Part shown: positions 49,801 to 61,760 of the stretch, one piece after another
Layout of the letters: each line of letters opens with the position of its first letter
How positions within the stretch are numbered: the first letter of the stretch is position 1
Assembly (NCBI GenBank): GCA_964199315.1
Contig: OZ116702.1
Location: forward strand, 20,894,001 to 20,958,000
Origin: Orbicella franksi
Lineage: Eukaryota
Reading direction: 5' to 3'
Length of the DNA: 64,000 bases
Notes under the pieces: model-generated
Seen by the model: the letters and a program-made list of their open reading frames with translations, nothing else
Databases searched by the model: none
Told to the model about the DNA's origin: nothing
Program-made: the position numbers and the translations under genes

Positions 49801-52800
49801 CAATTTCTGCACAATCAGCACTGACTCACCGAGCCAGTTAGAAGCCATATTTGTATAACCTGACCAAAATGGTGACATCAACATTAGAATAAGCCGCAAC
49901 TGTTTAGTAGCCTGTGTAGCAGGCGTTTCTAAAAAAGCACGTGGAGAGAACGAAACTGCGAGCGAGTGCGTGGCAAATAATGCTGGTAGGGTCAGTCCCT
50001 TAATGTTGCAGCTCAAAACTTCATGGGACGAGGCGAGTGAACAAGAGAAGGAGGTCTGTATTGACAAGGCTACGGAAGCCTGCAATCTGGTATGTGACGT
50101 CATAGCTCCGAAGGCTGGACTGGAACTGTTTCAGCCCTGTGTCACACCAGGAAAAAGACACACACTTCAGTGACCTTGTACTGCTAATGGAAGCCTACAG
50201 TAACGCTAGCACTAAGAACATGAAGACCCAGATTCTGAGCCTGTATGAATATCGATGTCCAGTGAAGACCCTTCAGAGGATCCATGAGCCATACGCTAAG
50301 TTAACCGAGTGGCAAATCTGATGTCTTAGAGCTCATGCGCGAGATTGTGGTCCAGGCTCCTTAGTAGAAACGTCGCCTTCTCGTCGAGTTTGTCTACCCC
50401 CGGCGAAACGTCACCATTTCTTAGACTTTGTGAGTCGCCCATATTTCTATCAAGATGTGGCGTTCGGTACGAGGAAACTCAGGCTTAACAGCGGCAAAAA
50501 GATCACGATGCCCAACGTTATTCGGAAGGTGACAAGGGCAACAATGGTCAAGCAGTACCTCCAGTTTTGTGAAGAAGAGCAGTTCGAACCACTAAGCCGT
50601 GCAACTCTATTTCGAGTTCTTGAGGTAAGGGAAGCCTCTCAGCAGAAGTCACTTAGTAGCTTGGACAACATAGCAGCCGATGGTTCAGTGGGATTCGAGC
50701 GAATCGACCGAATAGTAGATGAGCTTAATCAAATAGGCCTGAAGAAGGACGTAGCCGATTAATCGAGAAGATCGCTTCGCGACGGTAAGAGGTACTTCAA
50801 AACGGAATACCAAAGTCACTGCCAAGATGATGAAAATCAATGCCCCAACCACTGCCGTAAGTTGGGTCTCAGCGATCCAAAGGATTCAGATTTCCAGGAA
50901 CATTGAACACACCAACATACGCTTCGCTGCCCTCAATGTGACGACATTACTTTGTGTTTGCAAAAGATGCACCAAATTGTCCAGGATGGCAAAAATCTGT
51001 TTTCACAGCCAGGAGCAACAAGATGACTTTTTGTACGACATTGACAAATCTTCGGAAGCCATAGTCCAGTGGAAAGCTCACATAACGAGATCCGTGAATC
51101 AAAAACACGCGAAGCAAGATATCCACGCAAAGCTTGACCAGAGCTCCTGTCTTCTCGTCATGGATTGGGCCATGAAGTTCCTACAGCTTCGCCATAAAGA
51201 GAAAGAAAGTGACTGGTACGGAAAAAGAGGTCTTAGTTGGCATATCAGCAGCGTAAAATTTAGCAGCCACTCTGGCACAACTGAAGTTATCTCTTACGCG
51301 CACTTGTTTGAGCAGTGTACTCAGGACTGGTACGCAGTCACGTCAAACCTTAAAGAACTTTTCAAGCTGCTGAAAGTTAAGAATCCTGAGCTGCAGAGAG
51401 TCTATCTAAGGTCGGATGAAGCTCGTTGTTATCACAATAGCTCCCTGATACTCGCTGTGAGAGATGTTGCAAAGAGAGTTGGCGTTACAGTCCAAAATTA
51501 TCATTATTCAGAGCCGCAATCTGGCAAGGATGTTTGTGATCGTATACTATGTCCAATGAATTCCTCGACTCGCACTTACTGCAACGAATGGCCACTATGT
51601 TCTAACTGCTGTGGACATGAGAAACGCCTTAACAGAACACCCAGTGAAGGGAACAACCGCTGCAGTCAGCGTTGTCAAAGAATAAGAGAAGTCACTTTCA
51701 GTCAGCAAAATAGAGCAGCTCAGTAGTCTCCACAACTTCCAGTATGAAGATTCTGGCCTGAGGGTTTGGAAATGTTATGATATTGGTAAATGGAAGTTCC
51801 TTCCATACGACGGTTTCTATATCAAGCAACAGGGTCGAACATTGCTTCACACCGACGAATCACATGGAAGAAGCGAGAAGCGAGAAGCGAGAAGTTAAGC
51901 GCCGTTTAGAAGTTAGCAAGAAAATTGAGAGTCCGGTGCCACTCTTCAAATGTTCCGTTCTTGGATGTGTTGAGGTTTTCGAAACGTTTGGGCAACTAGA
52001 GCTGCACCTTGACGTCGGCAAGCATACTGTCAGCAGAGTTAGCCAGTATGATGTGATCAGAAGAGAGTAGGCCCTCAAATTCTCATCGGTCGACACTGCT
52101 GATATCAAAAACTGTTCTTCAGATTCCAAGGGTTCAAGAACACTTTCAGAGGACATTTCTGATGTTCCGCCTCTACAAACAGGATGGGCACGCCAAGAAG
52201 CAACGTAAGATTTTCACAGAAGGTTGAAGAATACCTGACGGCACGGTTTTCACTTGGGGAAAGGAATGGGCGCAAAGCCGATCCTGCACAAGTTGCAGTA
52301 GACATGCGAAATGCCAAAAATGAATCTAATGAACGTCTGTTCACTAGAGCAGAGTGGATTACGAAAACCCAAGTCCAGAGCTTTTTCTCACCACCAGCAG
52401 CAACGCGGCGCAAAGATCAGGGTATGGTCGGGATATCACCGGACCAAGAGGAAGATGCCGAATGCTTGCAGGAGAACGCTAACCGACAAGATCTAACAGA
52501 AAAGGTAAACACGCAACTCAACGTCTCGCACCCCATCTGCTACGATAAGTTTGACCTGTGCGAACGTTACCACAGCAATATGCTCCAAGAATTCAGAGTA
52601 GCCGTGCTCAAGATCATCTGCGGCCACTTTGAGATCCCTGTTAAGTTGAGAGACAAAAAGAAAGTTCTCAAAGACAAACCGTCGGAAATGATTAGTGAAT
52701 GTGAATGTGTTTCACATTAGAACCATGCTTATTACGATCTGCAGTCACTTTCAGATTCTTGTAAAATCAAGAGACCGAAAAAGTCTCTCATGACTCTCAC

Positions 52801-54518
52801 AGATAAACTGTATGGCTAAAATGTCGGATAAGATTAATGAATGTGATTGTGTTTCACAGTACAACCACGTTAAGCAGTCCAATGAAAAAGCTGTTGGGTT
52901 TTCTTAGCTTCAGTTTCCTCCCCGTAAAGCTATCTAGACATAGCTGTAGGATAAAATATTGCATTTATCGTATTTCAGTAATTATTTATAAAATAACAAT
53001 GTCTGTAAAATTACATTACTGTACAACAGAAAGTCGACCGGCTTCAAAATGACTTACAGCAATTGCAAGGTATTGGCCAACGTTTTTGCTACTTTATAAC
53101 AGACCGCAAAGGAGCTACGTAGCTCTTAATGTCAGCAGTAATCCTTATTTTTTTATACCGTTCCCCTTTACTTCTATCGTTATCATTGCTTCAAAATCAG
53201 CAAACCAAAAAACGATAGCTGGTACGTATGTGTTGTTTGGAACCATTCCTAAAGCGATTGGAAACAGGGCTGGTAATACCACCTAACGCCAATTGCTGGC
53301 TAAGTAACGCGTCTTCGAGCTATAAGATGTCAGGTATAACAGAGCTAATACTAGGGGGTAAGTTAGGGAGCGCACCTTTAGAGATGCAGTGAGCCTATCA
53401 AACTATACCTCACAGAATTGATGTTTTGAGTCATAAGTTGGCCTTTCAAATCTTGTATCGGGCGCAAGTGAATTAAATAGGCACGTTTTCATTTTTGCGA
53501 CATTAAAAAACATCTGGGCATGCATGCAATCAGCGGTCTCCCCTTTTGTGCGAACCCCTGCAAAAGCAGCATCACAACGAAACGCCCTCTTTTGGCCGTC
53601 TAAATGGCGAGATTTTCCCAAAATTGAAGCCCTCCAGTCTTGATTATCTCTTTAATACTAGACTTAGATAGTTAATTGTCTGATTCACGAAGAAACCATG
53701 CTCTGATAAGATGTTTGGATAGGATATTTAGCACAAATTGGGCAGGAGTCGACAAGCTTTGTTCGCTTACAAGCCGAAACTCGATAAAACTCGCGCTCAA
53801 GTTTCGATCGAAGGCAACACCTGCCTGTTTACGTATATATACTGGAACTGTTGCTAAATTCAACAATGTGAAGGCTTGGAAAATGGCCGAAGTTGGAGAT
53901 AAACCCGAGCTGCGTAGCAGGTAAGCTGTATTTATGATAAAATCTGCTCGAGATAGGTCACGTTCATGTGCTGATACTACTGCTGATACAAACGGCCATA
54001 ACTTTTCAAATACTGAAAACGTACAGGGGTCTTTGTGTATTTTCGTCGACAAAGGACTACACTTTTTGGCTGTGTGGACTGGAGTTCTCAACTAGCTCCC
54101 AAAGTTTAGAAATTAGCTTCTAGATGAAGGCTATTTCCAACTATCGTTCGATGACGATTAATAGTGTCGAGCAATTTGCTTGATTTTCTCTTGCCACTTA
54201 AATAAAGAAAAACATTGCTGGTCTCTTGAAAAACTAGAGAGGTTTATGAGTAAATTGACATATGATTCAATACTAGATGTTGCGAATCAAGTATTTTTCA
54301 GCGCCACGAAAAATGCCAATTTTATGCTTTTGGAGACGTTGCAACGGGCGCTGACCGGACGAAATATTTTTTGGCTCCTAACGTGACCAGAAAATAATTT
54401 TGAATCAAACGAAACCTGTTTTTATTCTAACCTTGATAAAGTCTTTCAGTTGCCAGAGTTTCAGGCAAAATTATTTTTGGTGCAAAACTGAGTGGGTGGT
54501 TCTTAGAGAGACAGCCTC
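46823..54518 (+). mobile_element. Sola3 DNA transposon, full length (7.7 kb)
   Basis: GAG...CTC termini, TTAA TSD (46819-46822 and 54519-54522) and ~870-bp TIRs (46823 to ~47700, ~53660 to 54518). These match the established features of Sola3. Confidence 0.93.
47947..52720 (+). pseudogene. Sola3 transposase, spliced (exons ~47940-48274, ~49273-49386, ~49785-52720), multiply disrupted
   Basis: CQYPLHSG..VPAGS, QDVAFGTRKLRLNSG..MPNVIR, MDWAMKFL..WYGKRGLSWH, LRSDEARCYH and YSEPQSGKDVCDR. Confidence 0.88.
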
Positions 54519-54853
54519 TTAAGTGATAGTTTATGTTTGCCATCAAATCCAGGCTTAAGGATGGAACAATGTTTGTAGACATGCAATTTCCTTTATCTTA
54601 ATTAGTCCAATTGATTGTACTAGGGAGATGTACGGTTATGCCCAAATATGTATTTGTTGTGCATGTTCTTTGCTTGCAATGCATGCTGAGACCTCGTGCT
54701 TTCATGGGTCGCCATGATGATTAAACATGTGTTGTGTTGAGTTGTCGTGAGTTCATTCTACGCATTCTACAAGACCTTGGTTTTTTCCTACCGTGATTGT
54801 AGCCCCCCTTACTCCCCTTGCTGAATTCCAGCGTTCAAAAGCATCATACTTAC

Positions 54854-55776
54854 ACATCCTAATGTCCATGCCTTTGGGATTTTCAGTGACCTTTCACAGA
54901 AGATATGGATATTTCCTTGGTCTAAACACAAAAGTTTGTGGCCCTAAAATGTGGGCAATCTCCTTCTCAGCGGGATTTAAGGTCTCGACACATGGGTCTG
55001 GTAGGTCGTCATCCTTTAAAAAATAGTTTCAGTCTTTGTTAAATAACTTTGTGACATGGGAATAATTCAAGTCTAGCACAAATTTAGAAGCTAACCTACC
55101 TCATCTGCCAAGTGGCCCTTTCCAGTCACTCTCAACCTTTTTAACTCCTTTTTTCTTGCTTCTCTCTCTTTCTTCTTTACTGTCCCCGTCATGTCCTCCC
55201 ATCTCCTCTTCACATAATAATATTTCAATTTTTTTAGGAAATATTTCGATATTTGAATAAATTTTTAAACAATATTTGCTGAAAAAAAAAGAGATAATGA
55301 AAGTGGGTTCTTTTTATATACCTGTTCTACAGTTTTTTTCCCCAGTATTCACCGCATTTACTGCATCTAAAACAGAGGCCCAAGCCTCTTTCTTCTTCTC
55401 CTGGGATACAGTATCGGAAAATTTAGCCTGAAGGATATACTAGGGGAAAAAAATTTAAATAAAGAACTTTTCAATACATCCATACAAATTTATGTATGTT
55501 TAAAGAAAATGTTTGATGCTATAATAGTGTGTTTAAATTGTTGCCCACCTTTCTTCACTTGGTCAAGTTGTTTTATCATTTGAACCTCTAAGTTCTGGGA
55601 AATGTGAATTTTTACAAAACTTTTTTCACATTATAACTACTTAAAATTAAGGAATTAATGCCAAAATGATTCTATAATACGACTTAGCTTACTTGGTGTT
55701 TTGCATAAGCCTGCACAAGTGCCTTGCTCATGGCCTGAGAGAACCGTGCACTTCTCGATTTCTTCTCTGCAGACAT
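54854..55776 (-). CDS. Harbinger-type Myb/SANT-like DNA-binding protein, 5' exons (55776-55693, 55439-55322, ~55213-55100, ~55015-54854); probably degenerate
   Basis: MSAEKKSRSARFSQAMSKALVQAYAKHQ|YILQAKFSDTVSQEKKKEAWASVLDAVNAVNTGEKNCRT|..VKRRWEDMTGTVKKKE..RVTGKG|DDDLPDP..LNPAEKEIAHILG matches the trihelix Myb pattern (K..AW..I...VN..RT...K.RW.D). The exon 3 acceptor is not canonical and exon 4 carries an in-frame stop. Confidence 0.72.
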
Positions 55777-56136
55777 CTATTTAATTTTATATATGTAAAA
55801 TTAACAATAAATTATCAATAACCTCACTGAATGTGTGATGATACCCAAATCATTTTGAAAATTTAATTACGGTAAGCCTCATCTCCATGAACGTTTTGTT
55901 TGTTAAATGACCATGGCTTACTTATTGTATTTTGTATTTTTTCGTTTCTAAGTAAAGCATATTTTTATTTTTTTGGAGGAGGGGGGAACGAAACTAAGAA
56001 AAGGTATAATAAATGTTTCAAACCAACAAAAGATAATACAATATTTGATTTTAACAATTAAACAAAAAAACTAATGGATAGAGTAACTGATGAAAATGAA
56101 AGAAATAAACACACCTTTTAACGCCACAAAACGTTT

Positions 56137-56310
56137 CAGTGGCGGATCTAGGGAAGGAGGACGGGGGGCCCGGGTGTCCCCTCTCTTATTTTGGGTAAAA
56201 AAGAAACGCAGAAGAAAGAATAGCCAGCAGGGCAAGCACAAAAAAAAAAAAAAACGCCCTCCCCCCCCGCCCCCTCCTCCCTATTAGCTCAAGGTCTGGA
56301 TCCGCCACTG
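56137..56310. mobile_element. MITE with CAGTGGCGGATC termini
   Basis: Inverted termini CAGTGGCGGATCTAG / CTGGATCCGCCACTG; flanking direct repeat CGTTT (56132-56136 and 56311-56315). Confidence 0.8.
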
Positions 56311-56814
56311 CGTTTGTAAGCCAATTTTTTTTCCCGCGCAAACTGAGCGCAGCGTACCAACATGGCCGCCGTGAATGTGCAATTCAAAGCTCATGCATCA
56401 AATAGAACTTACCTGAAAACTCCATATACTTACATTTCACGCTGGTTCGTTCCAAAATAATGTTAACATGTCTCGAATTCGGCTATCCATGTTTAGTATG
56501 AGAATACTCTACCGACAAAAAAGATAACTTTTTGGTGGCCAAGATTAAGATTGCCGAATCGAGCAAAAAGGCAGCTGACCGTCACTTCCAAACTACATGA
56601 TAATACAAATTACTGATTTCTCTCGGTTGCTCTTCTTTGACACAACGAAAAACTGAAAGTTTAAGTTCCAACGTATTGCATTGTCCTTCAAAAGACATGA
56701 AAAAAGCCCACCCCCATCGAATCCATCAGCCGCGTGAAATCGAATGAAATGAAACTTGTCGTGCCAAGTGTCCTGCGAACGAGTGCGAGGCACACGCTAG
56801 AGACTGGTAATGGT

Positions 56815-56950
56815 CCGTCATTTATTACCGGGAGAGTTTACGGGTGCTTCGAGAAATACTACTTCGGGCCCGATAAAGTTTCCCGATAACGACCCGATAA
56901 GCTATCGGGCCCGAAATTACCAGGTCTTTCGAGAAATTGGCGTCCTTTTG
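56815..56950. mobile_element. Candidate right terminus of the PIF/Harbinger element
   Basis: Repeated CCCGATAA and TTCGAGAAA motifs; inverted similarity to 5260-5430; lies upstream of the Myb gene. Confidence 0.4.
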
Positions 56951-57456
56951 AAATGGTGCGGGATGTGAGCTTCGATGAGGAATCCATCGAACTATGCTTT
57001 GGCCGGGCAAAATCCAGTTTACTTTCGCTTCGTCTCCGTGTAGTGGTCGCCCAGCTGCTGAAGACGGGGGTTAGAGTTAACAACAACAACAACAACAACA
57101 CAGGTGAGTAATTGTTGTATTGAACGATAAGCTTTTAAACACTGTTTTAAAAGATGCCTGGAATGCAAACACTTAAGTTTTGCTACTGGTCGGGAATATT
57201 TCTTTATCAAGTAGAAGTTATACATTGTGGAATAGAATCGACTTTCAGTTGATAATAGTTAACAGACGGTTTATGATTATGAAACCTGACAAAGTCCTTT
57301 GTTGTATGTTTTTGTTCTCTTTTATCGGCTTTTATGGCCTTGACCGTGCACAAAACACAGTAGTTGATTGCTACTGACCGAGGAACCAACCAATAGAAAT
57401 GGTTCGATTACGTAACTCATGCATAGTGTATGAACGCAAAAGAAAAGATTGTGCAT

Positions 57457-57851
57457 CCCCGGGGGTACTCCCAGAAAAGTTGGGTGGCGGTGTGCAGCCC
57501 ACTTCCTAGAACCCTTACCCTGTTCATGACCAAAATCCGCGATTTTCCTACCCTATTTGTAACCTGGACAAGAATTGGATACCCTATTTATGACCATTGC
57601 GGCTGGCACAATTGCCCTAAACATAAGTTATGAAGGGCTTTTGTTGACGGCCTTATTGATAATGATGAAAAAGTAGCTTCTTCGAAGAACCATACCCAAT
57701 TCAAGACTATAGTGCTAAAACCATACCCTATTTAAGGCTAAAATGGCCAAAATCGATACCCTATTTATGACCAAAACGGCTGAAAACCTCTACCCTTTGG
57801 GGCCGCACATACCTATATAGCCCATATAAGGGAGTACCCCCTCTCCCCGGG
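57457..57851. mobile_element. MITE with CCCCGGGGGTACTCCC / GGGAGTACCCC..CCCCGGG termini
   Basis: Imperfect terminal inverted repeats; internal repeats of ACCCTATTTATGACC; no ORF. Confidence 0.7.
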
Positions 57852-58369
57852 ACGGTCGTGGACCTTCCAACATAAATCTTGCCATCTTTGTTTGCTCCTT
57901 TAATGTTTGCCGGGCTTCTTAACCATTCTCCTCTATTAACTATGAGTTGATGTATTTATATTCTGTATCATTATCTGCCGTAAGTGCTCGTTTAACGTGG
58001 TGTAAGCTTATCTGTTAGCATCAACTTCCTGCAAGATTTGTTATTGGCTTTTATGTAGTATCTTATGACGCATGTAAGGTTTTGTTAAGCTCTATTAACT
58101 TCACGAGCGTTCTTTAACTTAACATCAATAGTATTAGTTCTGTGTTGCCATGGGTCTGTTTAGTAACTGAAAAAGGATGACGTCAAAATCTGGGAGAACA
58201 AGAAACGGTGGCACACGAGACAATAACAGATTGTGTCACTGTGGTTCTTACCACATTTTGACGTTTTTTCTGATCAGTTACTGAACAGACACACGGCAAC
58301 ATGGAAACTATACGTTTTGTATAATAAAGAAACAAAATATACTATGTTAATTTTTTTTTGTTATTTTTT

Positions 58370-60620
58370 TGTCATTTTTTTTAAGAGCACTCACACTATT
58401 TACAATACTACAACAACTACAAATACTAAAACATTACTTATAAACATAACGTACTAATTAAGCCGTATAAATTATTACTTACAATAACACTACATAACTT
58501 ACAATACTAGCTTAAACATACTGAACAATACATTTATGTTAAAATACAATCACAAAGGCAATAGAAAGTTACAAAGGAAGCGATTCAATAAATAGTTAGA
58601 ATACAGTTATTGTTTACACAGGACAAATTGTCCCCCATTTTTTAATAAATTAATCTAAAGTTTTGTTCTTAGTGCAGATATATTTTTCCGTCTCAAATTT
58701 AATTTTGATCTTCATCTTAAACCCAGCTAAGCTTGGAAGTATTTGAGATCTTCTGCAATCCCATAGATATAGTTTGGCTATCAACAAGAAATAATTTAGT
58801 AAGGGGCATTCTGAAGTTATAATGCCTATTAATACATCTCGCAAGCTTAGATGAACAAATTCTTTTGATAAAGAGTAAAAGTAAAATTCAAAATCTTTCC
58901 AGAAAAGCTTTGAGTATACGTAGTTAAAAAGAAGGTGCAATAGGGTTTCTGGTTCAGACTTACAAAAAGAGCATTTATCGTCTGTAATGTATCCTATCTT
59001 ATGTAATTTGCTATTGGTATATAGAATAAAGTTAAGGACCTTATATTGAAAGGCCTTAACATAAGCCTCAGAACACCCAATATGCGGCAGAAGAAACACT
59101 TTTTTAATTGATCCCCATTTAAATTAAAATCGCGTTTCAGAACTAAGGAACTATTAGAAAATTGTGCTTTTTACTTATTAACATTGTGTAATAGTCTTGA
59201 TTTTTTTCATGAGAATATCAAAAACATTGTTTTCAATAATCAAAGAGGGTGGCATTGTTAAAAAGGTGCGATTATTTGTTTTGGATTTTGAAATTAAGTG
59301 GGACAGTACGGCATGTCTGAGACCTGCCCATACCAAAATATTTGATTTTTCATCTTCTTCGTAACAATAGTACAGGACTCTGTAACATTTAAATCAAATC
59401 GAAGGTCAGTTACACGCGTAATACCAGATTCGAAAAATGTCTTATAGAATATTGGTTTATTATCTATACGAATGTCTTTGTTATTCCATATTATATTGTG
59501 CCACGGTTTCTCTGCAGAGAACTCGTCTCGAAAATCCGCCCACCACTGAAGCAACTCGGTATAAAATTGAGAAGAGATTGTGAGATCCTTTATATTATTA
59601 TTGCAATGAAATAAGAAAGGGCCGCCAAAACTTTTTAGTATGTGATGTAAGTAATTTTTCCATGTGCCGTCATTTTTGCTGAAAATTCTCTTTAGCCAGG
59701 CTAGTCGTAAGGATTTAATCATTGTTTCTAAATCAATCATTTTCAGTCCACTCTTTTCATAATCATATATTACAGACAAACGTGTGACTTTGTCTACGCC
59801 TTTCCATAGAAATTTAAAAATCAATCGGTTCAGTTCTTGGATAACTCCCTTGGGGGTAGTTAATAATGACGATACATAGACAAATTTTGGGACAATCAGG
59901 GATTTTATTATTGTAACCTTTCCATAGAGGGAGAGACCTCTTGCAGACCAAATATTTCTAAGTTTCTTAACACTGTCCAGGTTTTCTATGAAGTTTTTTT
60001 CGTGTAGTAATTTCTGATCATAAGAGTAATAAACCCCTAGGGCTTTAATTGGTTTATTTGTCCAAGAGTTTCGTTTTATTTTCTCTTGAAGATCCAATCC
60101 ACATTCCTTCAGTTTTGGTGGGATTAACCTCTAAACCTGAGAGCTTCTTAAAATCGTCGAGCAGCCTGAAAAGAGTTTGAGCCGAGTTAATGTCCGAGAG
60201 AACTGCCGTTGTGTCGTCTCCGTATTGGAGTAACTTTGTTTCTTTCTTGCCAATAGTGATGCCTTTTATCGTTGAATTTTGTCTAATTGCAATAGCCAAG
60301 GTTTCAGCGGCCACCACAAAGAGATAGGGAGAAAGTGGATCTCCTTGCCTAACTCCTCGTTTAATTGTGAAGTAATTAGAGGTGATGCCATTGTTAATAA
60401 CGCAGCTTTGTATATTTTTATAAAAAGTCATTACCCAACGAATAAAATTTGGACCAAAATTAAATGATTCTAAACATCTTTGAAGAAAATTAAGTTCCAA
60501 ACTATCAAAGGCCTTCCGGAAGTCAATGAAGATCAACAAACCGGGAATATCTTGTTTGGCTGTTAAGTCCATTATGTCGAAAATTGATCGTACTGTTTCA
60601 CCGATATAGCGATCTTTTAT
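58370..60620 (-). mobile_element. Tx1/L1-like LINE, 5'-truncated (RT to 3' end)
   Basis: RYIGETVRSIFDIMD, IDFRKAFDS, RGVRQGDPLSPYLF, LLQYGDDTT, SLYGKVTIIK and CSFCKSEPETLLHL. A-rich tail near 58350-58385. Confidence 0.9.
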
Positions 60621-61760
60621 ATGTTATATGTTAATGACATCATCTATACGTCTGTCTATCAAATGATAATAAGTAAGAGCCAATCAAAATGCAAGAATAA
60701 TTCGACATATTACAATGTATGTCAAGATAGATTTTTAATGCTAGTATAAATATTCCTCAATTATTTAAGCTCAACCTATAAACAATAATGTACATTGCAC
60801 CCACTTATACTAGATACTACCTATTGCAGAATTTTCTTTCACAAAAAAACCCTAGATTCTTAGAGAGGTACACACGTACCTCAAACTTTCACGATAACTA
60901 CAACCACTGTAAGAAACTGGGATCTTGCCAAGCTATTTATCAACTTGAAGCTGATAAGGGTAAATTAACTTCTGTAACAAGCTAGTGAAACTAATTTTTT
61001 CAAGTATTAGCCTTTCAAAACTTTGCTCTAAGAATTTGTCACTTTGCACTTATAACTGCCCTTGCTCTGACAAGGATCTAACATTCAAAACATCAGCTTC
61101 TCAAACTCTCTAAGTGGTTAATTTTCGTTTGTTATTTTCAGGGTTATGAATAGCTCAGTGTTTCACTTGCCAAGCAGTTTCTTTAGGAACCAATGCCTTT
61201 CCTGCTAAGTTCTACGCATGATGGCATCATTTTTGGTATAACTTGCACATATGAAATATAATGCTAACAAATTACCGGAGAGAACTGGTTCCAAGAACAG
61301 CAAATTAACTGAAAGATTTGGTTTGCTGAAAATGTTTACCCATGATGGGAAACTGGAAATATATATATTGTGAGATTTTTTTAATTTTCTTACCATTTAG
61401 AATAAGAAGTCTACCTGTACCCCATAATTTCCACTGAAATTCTTAGACAATTACCTTTCCATGATTTGCTTTCCAATCAAAATTTCTGAGATTTTTGGTC
61501 AATCGTAAACAGCTTGGTTTCATAGTCTCAATTTGCTATAGGGCAAGTAGTTTCAAAACAAATTAAACTGTAAGTTACATTGTATGGCAGACAGGTGAAA
61601 CACATAGTCAGCTATCAACATCTACACAATAGTTCCTAAATTAGTCGTTAGATCTAAAGCTGAAAATCTATCCTCTCTTTAAATGGGATCCTTCAGACTA
61701 AACTTTAACGATGACATTTCCTGAGTAAACCTGGATTAAACCATCCAACAGCTTAAAATT

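Larger units (their letters stand above)
41083..54771 (+). mobile_element. Ty3/Gypsy LTR retrotransposon 3, old, carrying nested insertions in its 3' region
   Basis: 143-bp LTRs at 41083-41225 and 54629-54771 differ at about 12 positions. TSD CGACC/AGACC. PBS TGGTGGCA at 41226. Polypurine tract AGGGAGA at 54622. Confidence 0.9.

Noticed and set aside
57030-57110. (AAC)n tract with following GTGAGT as an exon or LINE tail
   Set aside because: Too short, with no supporting frame or homology visible; left as a simple microsatellite.
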